64,000 nucleotides of DNA from Octopus sinensis (Eukaryota). Location of the stretch: NCBI RefSeq assembly GCF_006345805.1, contig NC_043000.1:158162001-158226000 (forward strand). Direction: 5' to 3'. Positions 54,166 to 64,000 of the stretch are shown here, one piece after another. Position numbers and translations under genes: made by a program. The notes beneath the pieces were generated by a model. The model searched no databases and was not told where the DNA came from. It saw nothing but the letters and a program-made list of their open reading frames with translations. The stretch's first letter is position 1, and every line of letters begins with the position of its first letter.

Positions 54166-55520
54166 TCTTTACCAGCATATTTTTCAAGAGAACAAAAAGC
54201 TCAGAAAACGTCTTTCTTATGAAATTACTGCAGATGTAACGAAAAATTTGACGCGTTCAGAACGGTGGGAAAAGTAGATTGGTTACACATTTACATATAG
54301 GACTTTGTCCGTACTGTTTCTTAGAGACCAGGTTATGAAACAGTAAGTTATATGAGCAGATACATTACGGCCGTGAGTCCTCTTACATTCCAGGTCTGTA
54401 ATCTTAATATATTCATCCACTATCTCTCAATAGATAAACCATATAGTCTGAATCATTACAAATAAATCTAGATAACAATCTCTACCTTGTGATTGAAATA
54501 TTGTGACTCACTTGAGTCAAAAACTTTAGATGTTAGACACCTTCTCCATTGCCTAACTTCTTTACAATAAACCTGAAGAAAACGAAAGTCATGTTTACAG
54601 CTATTCAAGGAGATCCATTTGCGCTATCCTTATGACATTTCCCATATAATCGTATAGACATGTATTAGTTTTGTAGTGATATTTTATGTGCCTCTGTGCT
54701 TCCAGTATGATCTCTAGATTGTGAGATCAACTTAGGCTGAGAATACTTTTGTCGTATTTAGAGGATATTAGGAAAAGCAGGGCAGAAAAAATTTACTAAA
54801 ATATGACCACCTAACTTAGCATCTATGATGCATTCCTTATGACATTTATCATATAATCGTCTAGACAATCGACCCCATACTGGTGGGACATCAAATCAAT
54901 TGAAATCTTGTGTGAGAATTTGCATCAACAACTTTCTTTCTGCTATATATTCCGTGAAGTACCAGTTTGTGCTATTCACTGTGTTGAAGGAACAACACAT
55001 ATATCAGTTTCAAATCATGATCCACTTAGAAAGAAATGCAAGAAGTGGTGTGAAGACTTGCCTCTCAGAAGCAACTACGTTTCAGAAGAAAAAACTAAAG
55101 CACTATATAGTTCCACTCTTCAAAATTGGAAACAAAAATATTTTGAGATAGTGAGCTGTCTTTCATTATTTGTCAATATAAAAGCATATCAAACACAAAT
55201 TTTCATGCGCATACAAAAATCCAATATACACTGGCACGAACATACCCATATGAGCATGCATTAATCAGAAAATACACAGCTGCATACGGTAATAAACAAA
55301 AAATACAATTACATCACATACTTTGTAACAGTTAGCGACATACAGTAAACAAACTCTCCTGTACAGTTGCAAAAAACAAAGTCGTTATTTGATAATATAA
55401 TAATATTACACTAATACAAAAAAAAACATCAGTGAAAGAATCAATCTAAAGGTAAACAGATTCCATAACCTCATACATAGATATTTAGATACATCATATA
55501 TATGTTTGTATGTACGTAAA

Positions 55521-55559
<39 letters not shown>

Positions 55560-55580
55560 GCACAAACACACACATACATA

Positions 55581-57450
55581 CAGGTTGCGATGGGTATATT
55601 GTAGTAGACATTTCATATCATTAATTTCGCGCATGATTTTGTAGACTACACAGTATGGTAGGGTCAGTTGAGCACCGTCTGTGAGAAAAACAGCACCATG
55701 ATAAAATTCCCTTTGCTAAAAGTTTGGAAACGAGATGCTGTATTACTTGGCATTCGCGACGAGTATTTGGGTGTTAATCATAGGACAGTACAGAGGCTTC
55801 AGAATAATAGGATGAATCTAATGGTAATTACGAAGGTACGGCAGCTCGGAAAACTCACTCCGATCGTTCTGATAAGAAAAGAACTCCTGCATTTCTTGGT
55901 GAGATCTAGGACATGATTGACAACGATCCCTCCAAGTCAATCAGGTACATCGCCAGGGACATAGCAGTATCTGAGTTTCTCATCAGGCAGGTAGTACATG
56001 AATACATTCGGTATTCCTCATACAAGAAGCAAAAAGGTTAAGTTTAGGGTTATACCAAGCCATCAACAACAAGAGGAAAAACCGAGCTACCAAGCTTTTG
56101 AACAAACTCAAGCAACCCATACACCAAACATGCTTTCATTTTTTCTCAGACGAAAAAATATTCTCTCAGGATCTGATGGTGATCATACAGAACAACTGTT
56201 GGCTTGTCATGTCCCCAAAACATGTACCAAGAGTGATAAAAATCAAACATCCAGTTAACATAATGGTGTTTGGAGTAATCGTTAGGGATGGTGACGTTAT
56301 GTCTCTATTCATCTTGCAACACGGCCTCAGACTCAACACGGAACCTACATCAAGAGCGTGGAAGATGTAATGCTGCCCGGTGCTATGTCTTTTCGTCCAG
56401 CGTCACTTCATCCAAAGTCACTTCGCCAACGTCTTTTTCGTCCGACATCTTTTTGTCCGATGATTTTTTTTTGTCCAACGACATTTTGTCCAATGTTATA
56501 TAAACTGTTTGGAAAAGAAAGTGAAATATCTCTAACGATATATTCGCAGAACTATAACGAGCCTCGTTATAGGATTGTTATTATCGTTCTTTTTCCTTCT
56601 CTGTTAACTGTTTTACTTCCTCTTTTACCTTCTCTCTCTTAAGTACGGTGCTGTGTATAGAAAGTAGTGCAAATTTAGTGCACACATTTTTAATTTACCA
56701 ATCCCAAAATGACAAAGTTCATAGTATCGACCAAAAACAATAGTAAAGTAGTTCATGAAAGTAACTACATCTACGATTTTCATTCAAGCAGTACAAAACT
56801 AGGAAAAGAATACTGGAGATGTGAGAAAAGAAGGCTATGTTCAGAGCGAATTCACACCGTAACGGAAAACAATGAAATGAAATTTTTTATTTTCTAGTGA
56901 TCACCTTCATCTAGCTGATGTAGATGCGTTAAATGCTGGAAAAGCAGTTGTAAAAATAAAGCATGAAGCGGGGTAAAAACATTGAAGCAAGTTCGCGTAG
57001 CATAATAGCGGCTAAGTTTACGCAGCTAACAGAAAATACTTGCTCACAACTACCTCGTGTGCCTGTACTTTTCACATTTTCCCACAGAAATTTACTTAAT
57101 TCTCATTAATAAAATATTCAATGATTATTTGATTTCATGTTCACTTTGCTTTCTAAAGAGTTTATTTAAAATTGGACATAAATTCGTTGGACAAAAGAAT
57201 ATTGGACAAAAAGACGTCGGACGAAAGGACGTGGACGAAGTGACGTTGGACAAAGTAACATCGGACGAAAATTCGGGTCAAGGTGCTGCCCTGGATCAAG
57301 AGGGTAGCTGCTGGAAGGCCTTATGTCTGGCAACAAGTTTCTGCACCATGCCACACAAGCAGGAAGACTCAGTCATGCTTGTCAGACCATTTCAGTGACC
57401 ACATCACCCCTAACATCTGGCTATCTAACACCCTAGACTGCAACTTCCTT
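55581..57450 (+). mobile_element. DD37D (maT-like) transposon relic, interrupted
   Basis: FFSDEKIF, IMVFGVIVRDG, WQQ[D]SAPCH-...-DCNFL with 37-residue spacing. Confidence 0.85.
56379..57282 (+). mobile_element. Non-autonomous Mutator-like (Phantom-type) element with FLYWCH fragment
   Basis: 9-bp TSD ATGCTGCCC/GTGCTGCCC; inverted arrays of ~15-bp TT(T/C)GTCC(A/G)A subrepeats; ORF 56709 NYIY...YWRCEKRRLCSERIHT...H.H. Confidence 0.85.
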
Positions 57451-57459
57451 GCTTCTCTG

Positions 57460-58280
57460 GTTGCTCGCCAGACTTGCGCAAGACATACATCTACGCCACT
57501 GAATCTTCAGACAAGGTGAACAATTGTAGAGTCAAAGAACTTTACTGTTCGTGCGGATCCCCTTATTCATGGACACTCATCTGTACTTCGCTGGGATGTG
57601 CCAACTCCGCGATGGACGTTTGCTTTCAGGTTTCCCTATCGTGTAATGAAATCTCATAAACGATTCTTTCAAGCACACTTAAATCTAGTTTTTGGCTTAT
57701 GTCATGGTCGAATGCCTTGGGACAGTTCACCATACTGCATTTCTTTGGAGAATCTTCTGTCATGAAGACGTACAAAATGACCAAGCCAGCATATGCTGTA
57801 ACGCGGATGTGGGCCTCAATATGTACTTCATTACTTCTTTCTAAAACAAAACAATTGTGTCAGAGGCATGAATCATTGAGTGAAAGGCCAGAATATTCCT
57901 GAAACTGCTGAGGAAAATGATAGAGTGTTATTATGTGACGGCAATATAATTCCTATGTTTCACACGAAAGAAATTGCACGTCAGCAGTTAGCCCTTGTAG
58001 ACTGCTAAGCTGGCGTTGTTTTGCAGCCTCTCTGGGACCAGACAGGACTCTTCACTGCGGCAAATGCATCAGTAACCTTCTTTTTATTCATGCAGTGATC
58101 ACATCATTTAAAAATAATGTTACCCAACGATGTAAACCTATCAGCCGCCTTCAGTTTCGGCCCTTCGTCATAGATAGCTGGCTGAATGTATGGCACGCAA
58201 AAAGCATGTTTGTACATTGCAGTTTTGTTAAGGTTAATGCTAAGGCCAAATGTCTTGCAGAAGCATGAAAAATCAATTCA
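57460..58280 (-). mobile_element. Decayed LINE RT fragments (RTE-like)
   Basis: ...PKAFD... and KTFGLSINLNKT motifs on the minus strand; ends approximate. Confidence 0.5.
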
Positions 58281-58926
58281 TCACGTTTTGCATCACCTGT
58301 GCGTTGTCACACAAACTGGTAGTCATCGGAATAGAAGAGACGATGCACCAGAAACTCCATAGTTTTGGACTTTTCCGCAAAACGCCGGCTGTTGAAGAGC
58401 TGATCTGATGTTCGTAATTCCTAAATGTGTGCAAGTGAACTAATAAAGAGGATGGCGAAAAGCGTTGGAGCAACAAAATCACCTCGTTAGACGCCATTAC
58501 TTTTTAAGCTAAAAGATCTTAGTTATAATTCTGACTACACTTGCACAAACTTCCATATTATCAAGGAAGTACCGCAGTAATTTCACGAAGTTGTCAGGGC
58601 AGCCATATTGGTCGAGGCTCGCCCAAAATATTTCGTGGAGCCGAATGTTTTTTTTTTAGTTCTGAATTATCTAGCCGTGAATATCATATCTCTTCTATTT
58701 GGAATGAAGACACATAGAGATTGTGTTAAAATCCTACCTTCAATAAAGACACGTAGCCTAGTTTTCTTTTGCTACCAACAAACCAATGCTACACACACAT
58801 ACACACTCACACACACACACATACATACATACATACATACATAAATACATACATACATACATACATACATAAATACATACATACATACATACATACATAC
58901 ATACATGCATACATACATACATACGT

Positions 58927-59830
58927 ATGCTGTGGCATCATGAAGTTCTCGGACTAGATCTGTAGCGCACCAACAGAGAGCAGCACACGGGTGCGCGTGC
59001 AGTAGGAGCTGGCAGTGACCTCCATGAGGCAGTGTGCCGAGTGACATCACTGTGTTTACTTCGCAAGTTCTGAAATTTGTGTTGTGGTTATGCGTATGCT
59101 GTCGTCTGCGATTTTTGTTATGGACAAAAATTTGGATCAAAGAGCCAACGTGAAATTTTGCATTAAACTTGGGAAGTCTGCTACTGAGATTTTGAGCATG
59201 CTTCGGCGAGCTTACAGAGACGAGGCAATGGATGGGAAACAATGTTTTGAACGGAAGAACGTCCCTTGAATTCGATGACTGATCTGGAAGATCTGCCACG
59301 AGCGTTGCTCCCGAATATGGGATATTGTGCATCGAGAATATTTCCCTCAGGGGCAGGCCGTCAATCGAGAGTTCTACTGCGACGTTTTCAAGCGGTTGAG
59401 GGAGGACATTCGATGAAAGTGAGCGCGTCTCTGAAGCGTGAAGAACTGAATTCTTCCTGACAATAATGCACCCTGTTACTGAGCTCGCCTCACTCGTGAA
59501 TTTCTCACCGAAAACAACATGGTAAGACTTCCTCACCCGCCTATTTGCCACATTTAGCACCTGCGGAATTCCATCTCGTCCCCGAGAGAAAAGTGCTGCT
59601 CACAGGTCACACTTTTTAATACCGTTGATCAGATTCAGAGCAAATTGCAAACGGTCCTTGATTCGCTTGCATAAAACGACTTCCAGCCAGTTTCCGAAAG
59701 TGTCAGGAGCGCTAGAACCGGTGTATTGCTGTGCAAGGTGACTATGTCGTAGGAGACGATGTTATAACTTAGGTACACAAGTTATTTTTTATTAAACATA
59801 ACCAGCCCGGAACTTTTTGATACCAACTCG
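58927..59830 (+). mobile_element. Internally deleted mariner relic
   Basis: MDKNLDQRANVKFCIKLGKSATE; DNAP; HPP...LAPAEFHL; degenerate TIRs. Confidence 0.85.
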
Positions 59831-59930
59831 TACCTACATACATACAGACAGACAGACATATGTGAGGGTGTGTATTCTTGTACGTATGTATATATATTAT
59901 ATGTGCATATATTCATAAATAAATTCATGT

Positions 59931-60312
59931 GGAGGCGCAATGGCCCAGTGGTTAGGGCAGCGGACTCGCGGTCATATGATCGCGGTTTCGCTTCCCAGAC
60001 CGGGCGTTGTGAGTGTTTATTGAGCGAAAACACCTAAAGCTCCACGAGGCTCCGGCAGGGGATGGTGGTGATCCCTGATGTACTCTTTCACCACAACTTT
60101 CTCTCACTCTTACTTCCTGTTTCTGTTGTACCTGTATTTTAAAGGGCCAGCCTTGTCACTCTCTGTGTCACGCTGAATATCCCCGAGAACTACGTTAAGG
60201 GTACACGTGTCTGTGGAGTGCTCAGCCACTTACACGTTAATTTCACGAGCAGGCTGTTCCGTTGATTCGGATCAACCGGAACCCTCGTCGTCGTAACCGA
60301 CGGAGTGCTTCC
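59931..60312 (+). mobile_element. tRNA-derived SINE family C, full length
   Basis: A and B boxes; TSD AAATAAATTCAT at 59917-59928 and 60313-60324. Confidence 0.94.
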
Positions 60313-60598
60313 AAATAAATTCATATATAAGAAATAAGAAGCTGGCTTGTGTATGCGTGGTTATCTTGGCAGATGTGTATAAATCTGTGTTTCTCTAACC
60401 ATTCGTGTACTTGTAAAGTAATATAGTCTTCAAATATTTATCATAATAACTCGTTGTTGTTGGTTTTGATTGCCATTCTATGGCTCCTCCTACTGTTCCT
60501 GTTGATATTTCTGCTTTGTTCTTTCTGTTGCTCTTATTAATTATTTGCCTATGTAATATGTATACATACATACATACGTACATATATACATACATACA

Positions 60599-60665
<67 letters not shown>

Positions 60666-60712
60666 TATATACATACATATATATATATACATACATACAC
60701 ACACACACACAC

Positions 60713-60754
<42 letters not shown>

Positions 60755-61739
60755 CTATGCGTGTATATGTATACATACATCTATGTGTACAGATATAGAT
60801 ATAGATATATATATATATATATCATGATGTAATTTAGTATCCAATATATTAATCTACTAATGGTACTTTCATGAAAATCATACAAATAGTAATCTTATCT
60901 ATTCTTCTTATTATTATTGTTGTTATTATCATTATCAGTGTTATCATTATTAATATTGATATTATTGTTATAGTTAATATTAATACGAGAATGGCAGTCA
61001 CTAAAAAAGGAAGTCATTGAATCTCTTGTGTATTTAGCTTTGACCAAATACATTGAACATTCAAATCTTCCTTGGTAGACTTCCTTAGTTATTTACGGCA
61101 TACAGCATTCGACGAACGTAAAAACAGGTATTGATCATTTGTAGGACGTTGACCTTATCCGTAGTATTATGTATTAGGACTACAGTAAAAAATGATTTGA
61201 TAAGGCTATTTTCAGACCATTGCTTGCTCGCGACATACTCACACTGGTGGTCTTTCATCCGAGATAGTCAAAGTCGCGTTTTGAGCGCTATGCTGACGTG
61301 TAGAGATTTGTGAAATTATTAGTGTCACGTGTAAGAAATAATTGACAATCACTGAGCACATCATGGCTATTATCCCGCATATTTTTTTTTGTGGTTAGCA
61401 AGGTTCAACAGTATTGTGTATAGTGGTGTATTTTATGGTGCACGTATTTGAAACCAGTAAGGCTAAACACTTTTCTCTTAGGTAAAAGATTCATAAACAT
61501 CTTTGAGTTTAAGTTTCATAGAAAGGTGAAGCGAAAAGGTAAGTTGCCCTCCAGTAAGATTACTGAAGTTATTGGGAAACATGTCAGCATGTAGCTGTAG
61601 ACTTGATAGAATGGGAGGCACTTGTCTTTAGTAGTAAAGAGAATCCCGAGTCAGGGGTTTTCTGATTAATAATACCATATTCACCGATAATTTGTGTAAC
61701 ACTGTCTGAAATATTTCGACGTTATTATTTATTCTCTGC

Positions 61740-62345
61740 AAGGCTGTGAGCTGAGAGAATTGTTAGCACGCCAGGTGAAGTGCCTAGTGGTATTTCGTCT
61801 GTCGTTATGTTCTGAGTTCAAATTCCGCTGAGGTCGACTCTGCCTTACATCCTTAAGGGGGTCGATAAATTAAGTACCAGTTACGCACTGGAGGCGATAC
61901 AATCGACGTAATCCGTTTATCTGTCCTTGTTTGTCCTTTCTGTGTTTAACCCCTTGTGGGTAGTAAAGAAATAGTTATTTCGTCTGCTGTTACGCTGTAA
62001 TTTCAAATTCCACCGAGGTCGACTTTCCCTATCATCCTTTCGGGGTCGATTAAGTAAGTACCAGTTACGCACTGAGGTCGAAATTATCGACTTGATCCGT
62101 GTGTGTCTGTCCTTGTCCGTCCCCTCTGCGTTTAGCCCCTTGTGGGTCGTAAAGAAATAGGTATTTCGTCTGTAGCTACTTTCTGAGTACAAATTCCGCC
62201 GAGGTCGACTTTGCCTTTCATCCTTTCGGAGTTGATTAAATAAGTACCAGTTACACACTGGGATCAATCTAATAGACTAGATCCCAAAACAATCTAATAG
62301 ACTAGCCCCAAAAACTTTCAAGCCTTGTGCCTAGAGTAGAAATAA
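61740..62345 (+). mobile_element. SINE family B with three tandem core units
   Basis: Head plus the GAGGTCGACT..CCT..CATCCTT unit repeated three times. Confidence 0.9.
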
Positions 62346-63591
62346 CTATCTATTGTCTTCAACCAAGGCTTTCTGAACAATAAGTATGTGAGTTATGGCG
62401 CTGTAGATTTACTATTTACTGATTTTTGATCTTGATGTAAAATATGGTCTTCTCATCAATGTGATACTCAGTTTGTTTTTCTTACAATTTATTTTGTATA
62501 CTATCACTTTACATGCATCTGTTAAGTACTTCAGACAAATACATGAGACTTTATGGCTTCGTACTAAGTTCTAATTTTTCGCTTTAAGCAGCGTTTGAAT
62601 CCTTTTTGAAATGTCTCTGCACGTACAAGTGTTTGTCTGAATCACTTGCTGTTCTTAAAATACACATCTGTGGTAAACTCTTCACCGCCCATACTCTCAT
62701 CTAAAATTCTTTCCATCGTCTAACTGTTGGTGAAGCATTGATCTTTATTATACATTCACCTTACTTTATAACAAAATTGTATGCTTCAGAGTTATAAACT
62801 TTTGTTTAAGTAAATCAACTGCCGTATCTTTTCTTAACCACTGACGCAGTGTACGCAAGTGATAGTTACTTTATTTCATTTTATTTGCCATAAAGGCAGT
62901 ATACAGAGTAACTGCAAGTGATAGTTACTGGTTTCAGGTCATTCGATGCTGTTTCATTAATGGTTCAGAAATAGAATCTCTTAATTTCTACCTCTTTCTG
63001 AAGTTATTTCTATATCTATTTTCTGAATAAATGTTCCAAATTGTTACTTAGGTTTTAATTTCCATTGTGGCTTTCTTGGGTCGAGATTTCTTTATTTTTT
63101 ACCCTCCAACAATAAAGGTGCTAACCCTTTTTATTAAGTCTGTAATAAGCACAGGTACAAAATAGGGAGTGTTTGTTGTTAGTTTGCCGCTACATATTTT
63201 ATATGATTTCCCCTCTTTATATTCTGCAGGGATGTTCGGTTTGATTTTGTTGTTTGTTTTTCTTTCTTCCTTCAGGAAGGGGTGAATACTGCGACAATAT
63301 AATCGCCAATAATTTTCCCCTGATTACAATGCTTGTATACATTAATGTACGCACATATATGAATATTCATTGGTACATGCATACGCATTAATGCATTTAA
63401 GAACACACACGCCCGCACACATACACACATATATGCACACATATATACACACATATGTATATATAAGGAGCCTCGCGCAATATAGAACTATAAAAGAAAT
63501 TTTTAAACCTCACCAATTCTGACGGAGGATGCTGAATAGCGTCTATATTGCTAGAAATAAGAGCAAAAGTGTTTCGAGCTATATAAGCGCA

Positions 63592-63749
<158 letters not shown>

Positions 63750-63753
63750 CATA

Positions 63754-63875
63754 CTAGCAGTATAACCCGGCCTTGCCCGGGATTAAGTTACGATTATTAA
63801 GCTAATCAAGTTCTTTATTTCCAACCAAACTAAGTAATATAGACGTCAAATTTGGGCGAAATCCGTTGAAATTAG

Positions 63876-63878
<3 letters not shown>
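63754..63878 (-). mobile_element. Helitron 3' terminus
   Basis: Minus strand: CCCGG-GCAAGG-CCGGG hairpin (63766-63781), 8 nt, then CTAG followed by T, in an AT array. Confidence 0.75.
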
Positions 63879-63960
<82 letters not shown>

Positions 63961-64000
63961 TATATTATATATTATATATTATATATATATATAATATATA

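Noticed and set aside
56385-56495. CRISPR-like or iteron-like array
   Set aside because: No unique spacers; it is mirrored at 57170-57270 as transposon subterminal repeats in eukaryotic DNA.
58772-59560. 262-aa minus-strand ORF
   Set aside because: Antisense to a decayed mariner plus a (TATG)n tract.
62500-62730. Possible Helitron helicase remnant (MGG...FRQTL...CLK) on the minus strand
   Set aside because: Too degenerate to support without a search.

Overview
Eukaryotic, AT-rich, repeat-dominated DNA with no confidently identifiable host gene. The SINE families and microsatellite load look like an Octopus (coleoid cephalopod) genome; this is recognition by eye, not a database result. Nearly all listed ORFs are microsatellite translation artefacts. 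The window is a nested transposon graveyard: a full-length mariner, a full-length IR/DR Tc1, DD37D (maT) relics (one split by a FLYWCH-bearing Mutator-like element with a 9-bp TSD), a hAT MITE, Helitron pieces, Tx1, R4/Dong, RTE, CR1 and CRE LINE fragments, three tRNA-derived SINE families, and Penelope-like element (PLE) fragments resembling three clades (Penelope/Poseidon, Hydra, Naiad). The most striking signal is a set of hammerhead-ribozyme motifs next to microsatellites, often inside fold-back palindromes. One is a complete type I hammerhead in a near-perfect 299-bp hairpin, two palindromes have their symmetry axis in hammerhead stem II, and one element has a tRNA-like head and a hammerhead tail and may be a PLE-mobilised SINE.
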